Source: an uncultured Planctomycetota bacterium
GTDB taxonomy: Bacteria > Planctomycetota > Planctomycetia > Isosphaerales > Isosphaeraceae
Direction: 5' to 3'
DNA length: 64,000 nucleotides
Assembly: GCA_963845755.1 (NCBI GenBank)
Contig: CAWJTV010000003.1
Coordinates: forward strand, 163,960-227,959
The translations under genes and the position numbers were made by a program. Shown piece by piece: positions 11,450 to 25,700 of the stretch (its first letter is position 1; the number at the start of each line of letters is the position of its first letter). The notes below the pieces were generated by a model. That model was given only the letters and a program-made list of their open reading frames with translations, was not told where the DNA came from and searched no databases.

Positions 11450-11656
11450 CGTGGATCGTCCGGCACGGACTTCCTTGAGGCTCAGTGATTCAAGCGACTC
11501 TCACGCGGAGTCTCAGAGTCGGTTCCGAAAGGTGTCTGCTCGCCGTGACCACGGGCGTGAGCCCGTGGTTCGGACGGGGAACCTCCAACCTCGCACTGAC
11601 GTGCCTGGTCACGACCGGTCGTGCCACTCCTTCCAGAACCATTGGATAACTCCTTG

Positions 11657-11718
11657 CAAGCTGTTTCAAAACGGGGACTGGCTCCGAGTCTTCGAGGTGC
11701 CTGTCCCCCTTTTGAAAC
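11657..11718. repeat. About 62-bp palindromic REP-like repeat, copy 1
   Basis: CAAGCTGTTTC..ACGGGGACTGGCTCCGAGTCTTCGAGGTGCCTGTCCCCCT.TTGAAAC, also at 40083-40144; both copies follow a gene 3' end. Confidence 0.85.
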
Positions 11719-11740
11719 CACCTCTTAATGGAACAGACTC

Positions 11741-14700
11741 TCATTGGAGACGTATCGAGACCGAACGTCGTCGACGGATCTCTCTTCGGCCCAGCGTCCA
11801 TCTCGTGCCCACTACCGCGGCTGACGCAACCATCGCAACCAGTGCTCGGGTCCGGTCCGGATCCTGGGCGTTGGCCAGATCGTCCCAGAATCCCCAACCT
11901 GGCCCATCGGCTTCCCGAACCGCACCCAGGTCCTCCAGCACGGCATCGACGGCTCGGTCGGTGCCATCGGGCCTCTGGATGGATGATACACCCACCGACA
12001 AGAGCGGAGCGACCATCGCGGCCTCGGACGGCGTGGTGGGTTTGACCTGGGCCCCGGTCCGGTCCTTGGTTGTGGGTCGGGCCGGCGGCGGGTTGTCGGC
12101 CAGCCGCGGGTGGAACCGTCGCCTTTCGGCTCTCCGCAGCCGGCGATCGGCCGTCGACCTCCAGGATCACGGCGCGCGCCCGTTCCCAGGACCGCTCCAG
12201 GCCGATCACCAGCCGCTCCCACGCCGTCGCCCGCTCGACGGTCGCCGGTGATTCCTGCTCGGCCTCATCACTCGGCTCGTCTCCCGAACCGCTGGAGCTG
12301 TCGTTGGCCTGGGTCGATCCCCGGCCCTGGCCGGGTCCGGTCGAACCGCCCGTAGCCGACGCGCCGCCGCCGGACTCGAACTCGACCACCGAGACGGTCA
12401 GCAACGTGGCCGCCAGGTCCAGCGTCGTGCCCGTGAGGCTCAGGAGCTGCGACACCTGCTGCACCGAACCGCTCGTCGCCTGCGACAAGACGCCGGCCGA
12501 GGACCCCTCCGTGGGGGTGACAACCGCCGAGGGTACGCCGCCGACTTCCTCGAGGCCGCCGGGTTCTGCGCTCAGGTTGAAGGCCAGATTCGTGGCCGCC
12601 TCGTGACCGGCCGTGCTCACATAGAAACTGAGCAGACCGTCGGAGACCCCGCCGAAGCTCAGGGCGGTGGGGTTGGGCACCTCGGCGCTCGAGAGGGTCT
12701 GAGACAGGCTCAGCCCGCCCGGGCCGCCCGTCAGCAGCGCCAGGTGACCGTCGCTGTTGTTGCCCACCACCAGGTCGGTGAAACCATTACCGGTGAAGTC
12801 CCCTGCAAAGCCGGCTGTCGGCGAGTCGCCGCCGGTCGGGAAGCTCTGGGTCACTGGGTTGATCGAGCCGATATCGGAGATCAGCGTGCCATTGTTCGAG
12901 CCCGAGTTGAGCGTGGCCAATCCCTGGCCGAGCCCGTTGAAATTGCCCAGGAACAGCGAGGACGGCGCCTGGCCGACGGCATACGTCTTGATCGCCGTCG
13001 TCTGGTCATTGAAGAACCCGCTGCCGACACCGGGGAAGACCTGGACGTTATTGGCCCCGCTGTTGGCCACGGCCAGGTCGGTCTGCGTGCCGCCCAGCAG
13101 GTGGCCCACGACCAGGGCGACCGGTCCGGCGTCGGTCTGGACCCGTGCACCCGGAATCATCGTCCAGCTCGACCCGCTGCCCTGACCCAGGAGCACCGAG
13201 ATATCGTTGGAGCCGGTGTCGGCGACCAGCAGGTCGGGCTGGCCGTTGAGGTCGGCAACCGTCAATCCGGTGGGGTCGGTGCCGACCGGGAAACCCTTGG
13301 TGCCGTTGACCGGCGGTCCGAACTGGCCGTTGCCCAGCTCGGGATAGACCAGCACGTTGTTGCCACCGCTGTTGGCGACGATCAGGTCGGGGATGAGGTA
13401 CTTGCCGTCCTGATTCGGAATGAGGTCCGCCAGCAGAACGGCGCCCGGCGCGAGCACGCCGGTGGCCTGGTTGCCGAGGACCTGGGGACTGGTGGATCTC
13501 TGACTCGTCGAGCCGTAGACGACCGTGACCTGGTTGAGCGACTGGTCGGCGAAGACGAAGTCCTTCACGCCGTTGCCGGTGAGGTCGGCGACGGCCAGGG
13601 CGATGGCCTGCTTCACCGGCTCGAAGGGCCGGAAGGTGCCGTCGCCGTTGCCGACGAGGATCAGCACGTCGCCATAGGCGTTGCCGACCAGGAGGTCGAG
13701 TTGGCCGTTGCCCAGGAGGTCGGCGACGGTCAGGCCGGTGGGATCGACGCCGGCATTGTCGGTCACCGGGGACGAGAAGCCGCCCTTGCCATTGCCCAGG
13801 TAAATGCTCACTCCATCGGCGGTGAGGACGGCCAGGTCATCGATGCCGTCGTCGTTGAAGTCGGCCACCCGGACCACCTGCGCGGGATTGCCCGTATAAA
13901 AGGTGACGGGATTGGCGAACCGTCCGTTCCCCAGTCCCGCGAGCACGCCGATGGTCTGCGTCCCCGAGTTGATCGTCACCAGGCCGGTCGAGCCGCCGGT
14001 GAGGAACGTTCCGGCCGCCACGGCCGAAGTCGCTTCGAGGCTCGTGACGACGGGTGAGCCGCCGGAGGTATCCACCGCGTAGAGGCCCGTCCCGGCGGGG
14101 TAGGGCTCGGGGGCCGCGAAGGACCCACCGCCCCGGTTGCGGAGGATGCTCACCTGTCCGGTCAGCGTGTTGGTGACGACCAGGTCGAGCACGCCGCTCC
14201 CCGTGGTGTTCGACCGCCTGGACGTCGGAGACGCCCAGGCCGACGGGTAGGATGAAGGCCGCCGTGAAAATCGGGGCGGCGAGCGTGCCCCTGGGGCCGA
14301 CAAACCCGCTGTCGAACCAGCTACCGAGGTACACCGAAAGCGTACCGTCGCCGGCATTGCGGACGACCAGGTCGTCCAGGCCGTTGCCGTTGAGCTGGGC
14401 CGCGACGATCTGCGCCGGGAGCTGGCCGGTCGCGAGCGATCCGTCCAGCCGGACGAAACGGCCGTCGCGATAGGCGTAGAACGAGATGGCGTCGTCCTGG
14501 GCGTCGACGCTGGCGAGGACCGGTCCGACATTGGTGTCAGGCAGCCAGGCGATGTCGCGCGAGGGGTGATTCGGATTGACCGTGACCGGCGGCAGGAAGG
14601 AGCCGGGCTGGCCGGGGATGCCCTGGCGAGAGAGGATCTCCCCGGCGCCGTCGACGACCAGGACATCGTCGGTGCCATCGCCGGTGACGTCGGCCACCAG

Positions 14701-17700
14701 GGGCGTGGCATACGGAGTGGTGGCGAGCTGTCCGGGGCCCACGAAGGTGCCGTCGCCGGTGCCCAGCAACACCGACACGCTGTTCGAGAGAGAGCTAGAG
14801 ACGGCCAGGTCGAGCGGGCCGTCGCCGGTGAAGTCGCCCGCCACGAGATCCGTCGTGAGATCCCCGACCGCGTACGTGACTTGAGGCTGGAAGGTACCGT
14901 CGCCGTTGCCTAGCAACACCGAGACCGTGATGTTCGCGAGGCCGTTGTCGCCCTCGTTGAGGACGGCCAGGTCGAGGTGGCCGTCGCCGCTGAAGTCACC
15001 CGCCACTATGGAGTCAGGGAACGTCCCGACTGCGTAAGTGACCTGGGGCTGGAACGTCCCGTCGCCGTTGCCCAGCAGCACTGACACCGTGTTGTCGCTG
15101 AAGTTGAGGACGGCCAGGTCGAGCCTGCCGTCGCCGGTGAAGTCCCCGACCGCCATATTCTGTGGTTGGCCTTCATTCACAAAGCCGAAGTTTCCGTTGG
15201 CGACCGTTTGCGCAGGCTGGAAGGTGCCGTCACCATTGCCGAGGAGCATCTGGATGCCCAGAGCGTCGGCCACGACGAGGTCGAGCTTGCCGTCGCCGGT
15301 GAAGTCACCCGTCGCGATGGCATTTAGGTGCGACCCCACCGCGTAGGTGACCTGGGGCTGGAACGTGCCGTCGCCGTTGCCCAGCAGCACCGAGACGGTA
15401 CCGGCAAAGTCGGGGGATGTGCCGGCGTTGGCGACGGCCAGGTCGAGGATCCCATTCCCGGTGAAGTCACCCGCCACGATCGAGAACGGGCTCGTCCCGA
15501 CCGCGTAGGTGACCTGGGGCTGGAACGTGCCGTCGCCGTTGCCCAGCAACACCGACACGGTGCTGCTGCCAGGGATCAGATTGAAGTTGCTATCGAAGGC
15601 GCCGTTGTTCACGACGGCCAGGTCGAGGTGGCCGTCGCCGTTGAAGTCACCCGCCACGATGGCGTCAGGGTCCGACCCGACCGCGTAGGTGACCTGGGGC
15701 TGGAACGTGCCGTCGCCGTTGCTTAGCAGCACCGACACCGTATCGGAGACCTCGTTGACGACGGCCAGGTCGGTCCGCCCGTTGCCGGTGAAGTCACCCG
15801 CCGCGATCGCGCCCGGGCCCGTCCCGACCGCGTTCCCCGTTCCGGGCTCTGGTTGGAACGTGCCGTCGCCGTTGCCCGACAGGACGGTCACGTCGGATGG
15901 GGTACCTCCTAGACCTTCTTCCAGGACGGCCAGGTCGAGGTGGCCATCACCGCTGAAGTCACCCGCCGCAATGGCGCAGGCGTCCTCGTCCGACACGACC
16001 GCGTAGTTGACCTGGGGCTGGAACGTGCCGTCGCCGTTGCCCAGCAGGATGTGGACACCAGATGTCCCGCCCGTGACGGCGAGGTCGAGCCGGCCGTCAC
16101 CCCGGAAGTCACCCGCCACGATGGCACTTGGGCTCGCCCCCACCGCATAGGTGACCTGGGGCTGGAACGTCCCATCGCCGTTGCCCAGCAGCACCGACAC
16201 CGTGCCGCCTCCAGTTCCATCGAGGTTTTCGTTGGCGACGGCCAGGTCGAGGTGGCCGTCGCCGGTGAAGTCACCCGCCACGATGGCGTCTGGGCCCGAC
16301 CCGACCGCGTAAGTGACCTGGGGCTGGAACGTGCCGTCGCCGTTGCCCAGCAGCACAGAGACGTTATTACTGTTCTGATTGGCGACGGCCAGGTCGAGGA
16401 TCCCGTTGCCGGTGAAGTCTCCCGCCACGATGCCGTCAGGGAACGTCCCGACTGCGTAAGTGACCGGGGGCTGGAACGTCCCGTCGCCGTTGCCCAGTAG
16501 CACCGATATCGTGTTGTCCCCTACGTTAGCGACGGCCAGGTCGAGCGGGCCGTCGCCGGTGAAGTCGCCGGCCACCAGAGCACCGTTGTTTAGCGGCGCA
16601 ATGGTCTTCGCGGGCTGAAACGTCCCATCGCCGTTGCCCAGGAGGATCTGGGTGCCAGCCGCGGTCGAGACGACGAGGTCGGTCCGCCCGTCGCCGGTGA
16701 AGTCCCCCGCCACGATCGCGCCGGGAACGACCCGACCGCGTAAGTGACCTGGGGCTGGAACGTGCCGTCGCCGTTGCTTAGCAGCACCGACACTGTATCG
16801 GAGTCCTGGTTGGCGACGGCCAGGTCGATCCGGCCGTTGCCGGTGAAGTCTCCCGCTACGATGGCTACCGGTTGGTTCCCGACCGGCAAAGGCTGAAACG
16901 CGGCGGTGGTGGGCGCCACCGTCGTCGTCAAGGTGTAGGTGCCCGCGCCGCCGGTGCTGTCAACCTTCAGGAAGTAGGACCCACTCACGAGTTGCTGGGC
17001 GATCAGGTCCTCCGGATCGCTGGACGAGACGCCATCGCTCTGGACGAGGACCTGGCCTTGCGAGTCGAGCAGCGACAGTTGGGTCGTCAGGCCCTGGGGA
17101 TCGACCTGCGCGACCAGGACCAGATCGCTGGTCGCGACGAAGGCGAATTGATCGACCGCCAGGCCGCGAACGGTGACGTTGGAGCCCGCGAGCGTCAGGC
17201 CGGCGGGGCCACCCGCCGGCGCGGCGCTCACCGCGATCCGCGGCGTTCCGGCAAAACCCGGCTGACTCGTACCGTCGACCAGCACGGAGGCCGTGATCGC
17301 AGGCAGGGGGGTCAGGGGTGCGATGGTCTGGACCCCGGCGCCGGGGATGGCGAAATCGATCGTAACCGTCAGGCCAGACACACGATTGGCGTCCAGGATC
17401 GCCTGGCGCAGCGAGCCGGGGCCGCTGTCGGCCGTCGTGTTGACCACGAAGACGCCGTCCGTGATCAGGAATTGCTCCGTCGGGACTGGCTGCGCGCCGA
17501 AGGACTGGGCACCGACAGTGAGGGTGGTCAAGACGTGCGCTCCCGCCGGCGGGTGGAAGATCAGGCCCTGGAGCGCCGCGTTGAGCGCCGCCAGCGGACC
17601 GCTGTACGACAGCGATCCGGTCCCATCGCCCGAGCCGGTCAGGCCGGCGGTATTCGACAAGGTCAGCGTCCCGTCGGAGACCGAAAGTGTCAGGCCCCAA

Positions 17701-19640
17701 ACCGGGTTGGCCGGCTCGGCCTCGGGATCCTCGATCGCGATCCCGTCGCCCGACTGGGTCGCCAAAGCGACCGACTGGTTGACCACCGCGCGAACGCTCA
17801 GAGACGGTGCCTGCAAAGTGCCCGGACGAAGGGCCGTGAGTTCCGAGGTGTTGCCCTGGGGATCGGTGGCTGTGGCCGTGATGATGGGCAGCCCGGCCGG
17901 TGCGGTGAACGGGACGGCGAAACTCACTTGCCCACTCGCGTTGGTCGTCACGTCCAGCGAGCCCAGGTCGTCCTGCGCCTCGCCCGAGCCTCCCGGTCCG
18001 TAGCCGGCGCTGGCGAAGAAATCGACGCGAAAGGTCGTGTCGGGCGTGCTGCCCCCCAGCCAACCCTCGGTCTGGCCGTCGGCGGTCAGTACGAAGACCG
18101 GGAAGTTCTGGAGGTTGTTGGGTCCCTGGCGCGGTGAAGTGCCATTGTCCGTCACCCCGTCGTCGCCGAGATCGATCGCTTGTCCTGTGTTGCCGAAGAT
18201 GCGATTGCCCGTAATCGGGTCGCCGATGCAGAGGTCGCCTGCGTTGTTGCCGACCTCGACCCCCGGCCCACCGTTGTTGGTGATGAGGTTGCCCGCATCA
18301 GCAGCCACTCCACCGATCGTATTGCTGGACGAGTCAAATTCGATCTGGACGCCGCCCGACTGGTTGCCGAGGGCCAAGGTCCCCGTGAGGTCGGTGCCGA
18401 TCTGATTCCCAACGACGACGTTGCCATTCGACCCGGAGGGCGCGACAAAAAACCCGGCGAAGCCGGAGATAGCGACACCGAACCCGCCGTTGCCGGAGAT
18501 CACGTTCCCCTCGTCGGCAACAGCCGTTCCGCCAGTGGGGTTGACCCCGACCCAGTTGCCTGACGCGCCTCCCGCGATGGCAACACCGTCGCCCCCCCCA
18601 CCAGGGATGGCCAGGGCAATCGTCCCGGTCGCGTCGGTCCCGATGAAATTGCCCGCGACCACGTTGCCGTCCGTGCCGGTGCCGGAGATCAAGACATCAT
18701 CGATCATCCCACCATAGGGGGCATTGCCCCCCTCGATGACGTTCCGCTGACCGACGTCATCGACGCTGTTACCATCGGTCCCGATCCGGTTGCCGGAGGC
18801 GCCTCCATCGATCACGACTCCGCCCTCGACAGGCTGGGGGTAGTAGAAAAAAGGGGTCACGGTTCCGTTGTTGAGGGCGACATCCCCGGTGACACTCGTG
18901 CCGATGAAGTTGCCCGCGACGGCATTGCCATCCGTGCCCGCGCCGTCGATCCAGACGCCACCGTACCGGTTGCCTGAGATCAGGTTCCGCTCGGCCGCGT
19001 CGTTGATGCCGTCGCCATTGCTTCCGATGAGGTTGCCGCTGGCCCCCCCGTCGATTTCGACGCCGTAGTCGTTGGGCGCGGCCAGCGTGCCGGTCGGATC
19101 GGTCCCCAGGAAGTTGCCATCGATCCAATCGCCCGTGGCGCCGGTGCCCGAGAGGTGGACGCCGGCACCCTGGCTGAAATCATTGATGTCCAGGCCGCGG
19201 ACGGTGACGTTCGGCGCCGCGATCAGAAGCCCGTCGCCGCTGCCGGCCTGGCTGCCGTTGAGCTCGATCAAGGGCGTGCCCGAATAGCCGGGTTGGGATT
19301 CGCCATCGATCAGCACGGGATTGGTGATCGTGGGGAGGGGGCTGAGAGGCGCGATCGTCGGCACGCCGGAACCGGAGATGTTGAAGTCGATGGTGTTGGT
19401 TGATCCCGTCGCGGTGTTGGAATCGAGGATCGCCTGGCGGAGCGAGCCGGGGCCGCTGTCGCCGGTGTTGCTCACCACGAAGCTGGACAGGAGGGTACGG
19501 TCCTCCATGACCTCCAGGCGGGGGCGGAGCCGGAAGAGCGTCGCGCTGAATCCAGCGGGAGATGAGCTTCGTCGACGACCGCCATGGCGCGGGCGACGCG
19601 CGAGGATGCCGGATTTCGGAGGGCGGAGAAGCGTGATCAT
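11741..19640 (-). CDS. Giant surface protein A: LEPR-XLL, beta-helix, Ig-like and FG-GAP propellers, C-terminal TM (frameshifts near 16720, 14210, 12090)
   Basis: RPRLEVMEDRTLLS; DSGPGSLRQAILDSN; GNFIGTD repeats; 14 GDFxGDGxxDLAV repeats; hydrophobic tail followed by RRRR. Confidence 0.88.
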
Positions 19641-19703
19641 CGGAGATCGTCCTGCTCGGGCTTCCTCAAGGCTCAATGACTCAAGCGACTCACGTGGGGA
19701 ATC

Positions 19704-22700
19704 TCAGTGGAGATGGATCGCGACCGAACGTCGTCGACGGATCGCTTTTCGGCCCAGCGTCCATCCCGCACCCACCACCACGGCTGACGCGACCACCGCA
19801 ACCACTGGTCGGGTCCGGTCCGTATCCTGGGCCCTGGCCAGCTCGTCCCAGAATCCCCAACCCGGCCTATCGGCTTCCCGACCCGCACCCAGCTCCCCCA
19901 GCACGGTATCGATGACTCGGCCGGTGCCCTCGGGCCCCGGGATGGATGATGCGACCACCGGCAAGAGGGGAGCGACGATCGCGGCCTCGGACGACGCCGC
20001 GGGCCTGGCCTGCGCCCCGGTCCGGTCCCTGGTCGTGGGACGGGCGGGTGTCGGAACGGGCGGGGCGAGCGTTCGGCCAGTCGCGGGCGGCACCGTCGCC
20101 TTTCGGTTCTCCGCAGCCGGCGATCGGCCGTCGACCTCCAGGATCACGGCGCGCGCCCGTTCCCAGGACCGCTCCAGGCCGAGCACCAGCCGCTCCCACG
20201 CCGTCGCCCGCTCGACGATCGTTTGGGATACCCCGTCGTCTGGCTTGGCTTCATCGCTCGGCTCGTCTCCCGAATCGCTGGAGCTGTCGTTGGCCTGGCT
20301 CGATCCCTGGCCGGGTCCGGTCGAACCGCCCGCGCCCGACGTGCCGCCGCCGGACTCGATCTCGACCACCGAGACGCTCAGCAAGGTGGCCGCCAGGTCC
20401 AGCGTCGTGCCCGAGAGGCTCAGGAGCTGGGAGACCTGCTGCACCGAACCGCTGGTCGCCTGCGACAACACCCCGGCCGACGACCCCTCCGTGGGAGTGA
20501 CAACCACCGAGGGTACGCCGCCCCCCGACTCGCCGCTTTCGGGGCCGCCGCTGAGGTTAAAGGTCAGATTCGTGGCCGCCTCGTGACCGGCCGTGCTCAC
20601 ATAGAAACTGAGCAGACCGTCGGAGACCCCGCCGAAGCTCAAGGCGGTCGGGTTGGGCACCTCGGCGCTCGAGAGGGTCTGAAACAGGCTCAGGCCACCC
20701 AGGCCGCCCGTCAGCAGCGCCAGGTGACCGTCGCCGTTGTTGCCTACCACCAGGTCGGTGAAGCCATTACCGGTGAAGTCCCCTGCAAAGCCGGTCGTTG
20801 GCGAGTCGCCGCCGGTCGGGAAGCTCTGGGTCACCGGGTTCGCGGAGCCGATCCCGGAGATCAGCGTGCCATCGTTCGAGCCGGAGTTGAGCGTGGCCAA
20901 TCCCTGGCCGAGCCCGTTGAAATTGCCCAGGAACAGCGAGGACGGCGCCTGGCCGACCGCATACGTCTTTGTGGGCTGGTCGTTGAAGAACCCGCTGCCG
21001 ACGCCGGGGAAGACCTGGACGTTATTGGCCCCGCTATTGGCCACGGCCAGGTCGGGCTGCGTGTCGCCCAGCAGGTTGCCCACGGCCATCGCGACCGGTC
21101 CAGCGTCGGTCTGGACCCGTGGCCCCGGAAACATCGTCCAGCTCGACCCGCTCCCCTGACCTAGGAGCACCGAGACGTCATTGGAGCCGGTGTCGGCGAC
21201 CAGCAGGTCGGGCTGACCATTCAGGTTGGCGACCGTCAGTCCGGTCGGGTCGGTGCCGACGGGGAAGCCCTTGGTGCCGCCCACCGGCGGTCCGAACTGG
21301 CCGTTGCCCAGGCCGGGGTAGACCAGGACATTGTTGCCGCCGCTATTGGCGACGATCAGGTCGGGAATGCCGTCGCCGTTCAGGTCCTTCAGGAGAACGG
21401 CTCCTGGCGCCAGCACGCCGGTGGTCTGGTTGCCGATGACCGCCGGGCTATTGTCGTCCTGGCTGGTGGTGCCATAGACGACCGAGACCTGGTTGAGCGA
21501 CTGGTCGGCGAAGACGAAATCGGGGACGCCGTTGCCGGTGAGGTCGGCGACGGCCAGGGCGATGGCCTGTTTCACCGGCTCGAAGGTCCGGAAGGTGCCG
21601 TCGCCATTGCCGACCAGGATCAGGACGTCGCCATAGATGTTGCCGATCAGGAGGTCGAGCTTGCCGTTGCCCAGCAGGTCGGTGACGGTCAAGCCGGTGG
21701 GATCGGTGCCGGCATTGTAAGTGACTGGAGACGAGAAGCCGCCTTGGCCGTCGCCCAGGAAGATGCTCACGCCATCGGCGGTGAGGACGGCGAGGTCCGC
21801 GACGCCGCTGCCGGTGAAGTTGGCCATGCGGACCACCTCAGCGGGAGCCTGTGTCCGGATCGTAACGGGATTGGCGAAGCGACCTCGCCCCAGGCCCGCG
21901 AGCAAGTCGATCGTGTATGTGCCCGGGTTGATCGTCACCAGGCTGGGTGGAGCGCCGGGCGTGAGCGGCCCGGATGCCACGCCCGCCGTCGCATCCTCGC
22001 CGGCCGACTCGGGCATGCTCCCGGGTTCGATCACCGAGAACCCGGTCCCGGCGCGATAGGGCTCGAGGGGCGCGAAGGCCCCACCGCCCAGGTTGCGGAG
22101 GAGGCTCACCTGGCCGGTTAGCTTGTTGGTGACGACGAGGTCGAGTACGCCGCTGCCCGTGGTATCGACTGCCTGGACGTCGGAGACACCCAGTCCGTCG
22201 GGGAGGATGAAAGCCGCCGTGAAAATGGGTGCAGCGAGCGTGCCGCTGGGGCCTACGAACCCGCTACGGAACCAGCTACCGAGGTACACCGAAACCGTAC
22301 CGTCGCCGGCATTGCGGACGACCAGGTCGTCCAGGCCGTTGCCGTCGAGCTGGCCCGCGATGATCTGCGCCGGGAACTGGCCGGTCGGGAGCGACCCGCT
22401 CAGCCGGACGAATTGACCATCGCGGTAGGCGTAAAACGAGATGGCGTCGTCCTGGGCGTCGACGCTGGCGAGTACAGGGCCTACAGAGGTGTCGGGCAGC
22501 CAGGCGATGTCGCGCGAGGGGTTACCGGGGTTGACCGTCACGGGCGGCAGAAAGCTGCCGGGCTCGCCGGGGATGCCCTGGCGATAGAGGATGTTCCCGG
22601 CCGCGTCGACGACCAGGACATCGGCGGTGCCATCGCCATTGACGTCGGCCACCAGGGGCGTGGCATGAGGGGTGGCGGCAAGCTCGTCGGCGTCGGTGAA

Positions 22701-25700
22701 CGTCCCGTCGCCATTGCCCAGCAGCACCGACGCTGTGCGGGCTTGAAAGTAGACGACGGCCAGGTCGAGGTGGCCGTCGCCGTTGAAGTCGGCCGCCGTG
22801 ATCGCGAACAAATAGTCATTATTGTTGTTGCCGAAGGTAACCTCGGGCGCGAACGTGCCGTCGCCATGGCCCAGCAGCACCGATATGGGGTAGGCTTGCT
22901 CGATTCCGGGGGAAGAGGAGTAAACGAACTCGGTGAACAGGACCAGGTCGAGATGGCCATCGCCGTTGAAGTCCCCTGCCACCATTCTGATCGCATTTTC
23001 GCTCAGGTTGTCGGTGACCTGGGGCGCGAACGTGCCGTCGCCATGGCCCAGCAGCACGCTCACGCTGCCCGGGCTCGAGAAGAATAAACCTTCATTGGCG
23101 ACGGCCAGGTCGAGCCGCCCATCACCATTGAAGTCGCCCGCCACGATGGCGTCTGGGTCCGTCCCAACCGCATAGGTGACCTGGGGCGCGAAGGTGCCGT
23201 CGCTGTGGCTCAGCAGCACCGACACGCTGTTGTTGCCGTGGTTGGCGACGGCGAGGTCGGTCCGGCCGTCGCCGGTGAAGTCACCCGCCACGATCGCGTT
23301 TGGGCTCGTTCCCACCGCATAGGTGGCCTGGGGCGCGAAGATGCCGTCGCCGTCGTTCAGCAGCACCGACACCGTGTTGTCGCCGTTGTTGATGAGGGCG
23401 AGGTCGGTCCGGCCGTCGCCGTTGAAGTCACCCGCCACGATCCCGGCCGGAGACTTCCCCACCGCATAGGTGACCTGGGGCGCGAAGGTCCCATCGCCAT
23501 TGCCCAGCAGCACCGACACGGTGTTGTCGGCGTAGTTGGCGACGGCCAGATCGAGCCGCCCGTCGCCGTTGAAATCGCCCGCCACGATCCCGGCCGGAGA
23601 CTCGCCGACCGCATAGGTGACCTGGGGTGCGAAGGTCCCATCGCCATTGCCCAGCAGCACCGACACGGTGTTGTCGCCAAGGTTCACGACGGCCAGATCG
23701 AGCCGCCCGTCGCCGCTGAAATCGCCCGCCACGACCGTCCCCGGCGACGTCCCCACCGTATTCCCGGTCGGTCCGCCCAGCGGAAGGAAGGTGCCGTCGC
23801 CATAGCCGAGCAACAGGCTCACGCCGCTAATCCGCGGGCCGCCGAGCACGTAGCTAAGGGCGACGGCCAGATCGAGCCGCCCATCACCGTTGAAGTCGCC
23901 CGCCACGATTTCCGTCAGAGTGTGCCCCAGCGAGTATCTGACCTCCGGCTGGAAGGTGCCGTCGCCGTTGCCCAGCAACACCGACACGAAGCCGTTGTAA
24001 GCGACGGCCAGGTCGATCCGCCCGTCGCCGATGAAGTCGCCCGCCACGAGCGCACCACTGTCTCCGTTCGCGACCGTCCTCGCAGGCAGGAATGTCCCGT
24101 CGCCGTGGCCCTGCAGGATCTGCACCCCGACGGAGTCGCTGACAGCCAGGTCAACGTGGCCGTCGCCATTGAAATCCCCGGCCGCGATCGACACGGGTAG
24201 AATCCCGACCGCGTAGGTGACCTGGGGCGCGAAGGTGCCGTCGCCGTCGCCCAGCAGCACCGACACCGTGCTTGTCAGTGCTGCTGGGGAGGTCCAGTTG
24301 GCGACGGCCAGATCGAGCCGCCCGTCGCCGCTGAAATCGCCCGCCACGATGGCGTCCGGTCTCTGCCCGACCGCGTAGGTGACCTGGGGCGCGAAGGTGC
24401 CGTCGCCGTCGCCCAGCAGCACCGACACCGTGCCGGAGACATAATTGGCGACGGCCAGGTCGAGGTGGCCGTCGCCGGTGAGATCGCCCGCCACGATCGC
24501 CCGCGGATTGCTCCCGACCGCGTAGTTGACCTGGGCCTTGAACGTGCCGTCGCCATTGCCCATGAGCACCGACACCGTGTTGTCGCCGTCGTTGGCCACG
24601 GCCAGATCGAGCCGCCCATCACCGTTGAAGTCGCCTGCCACGAGGGCCCATGGCTGCGACCCGACCGCGTAGTTGACCGGTGGCGCGAAGGTGCCGTCGC
24701 CGTTGCTCAACAGCACGGAGACGACATTGGTGCCATCGAATTGGCTAGAGCTAGTGAAGGCCAGGTCGAGGTGGCCGTCGCCGGTGAAGTCTCCCGCGAC
24801 GATGGATTCAATATCTACGGGGGATTGCCCCATCGCAAGGGGCTGGAGAGGGCTGGTCGCCGCCAAGGCCGTGGCCGTTAAACTGAACGTGCCCGCGCCG
24901 CCGAAGTGTTGCACCTCAAGCGAATACGTCCCCGCGGGGACATAGGTGTTGATCAGGTCGTCGCCGCCTGCGGCGGACAGGCCGTCGCTCTGCATCAGAA
25001 CATTGCCGGTGGCATCCAGGAGTAACAGTTGCGTCGTCACACCCTGGGCCTGGACCACCACAGTCAGGTCCTCGCCGATGATGGTCTCGAACCGGTAGGA
25101 ATCGATCGAGCTGAGGGGGCCTGCTCCACTTCCGGAAAATGCCAGGGACGGGAGGGCCAGGACTTCCGGGATCGCCGAGGCACCGAAGCCGAAACCGCCG
25201 ATCGCCACGCCGCGGACCGTGACCGCGGAGGCGATCGTCAGCGGGTCGGAGCCGGCGAGCGACTGGCCGCTCAGGTCGATCAACGGCGTGCCCGCGAAAC
25301 CGGGCTGAGACGTGCCGTCGATGAGCACCGACGTGGTGGCGGCGGGAAGAGCCGAGGTCGGCGCGATCGTCTGGATGCCGGTGCCGGGGATGGCGAAGTC
25401 GATCGTGTTGGTCGCACCGAAGGCATTGTTGGAATCGATGATCGCCTGGCGGAGCGAGCCGGGGCCGCTATCCGCCGTGTTGGTCACCAGGAACGAACCG
25501 TTGCTCAGGAGGACTTGCGAATCGACCGACGCGGCGCCGTCCGACCGGGCGTCGAGGCTGAGCGTGACATAGCCGTAGGAGACCGCGGGCGGTGTAAAGG
25601 TCATGCCGGCGAGCGCCGCGTCCAGCGCCGAGAGGGGGCCGCTGTAGGATAACGTATTCGTGCCGTTGCCCGATCCCGTCAGGCCGGCGATGTTCGACAA

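Noticed and set aside
14750..24800. Regularly spaced DNA repeats resembling a CRISPR array
   Set aside because: They are in-frame FG-GAP coding repeats, and there are no cas genes.
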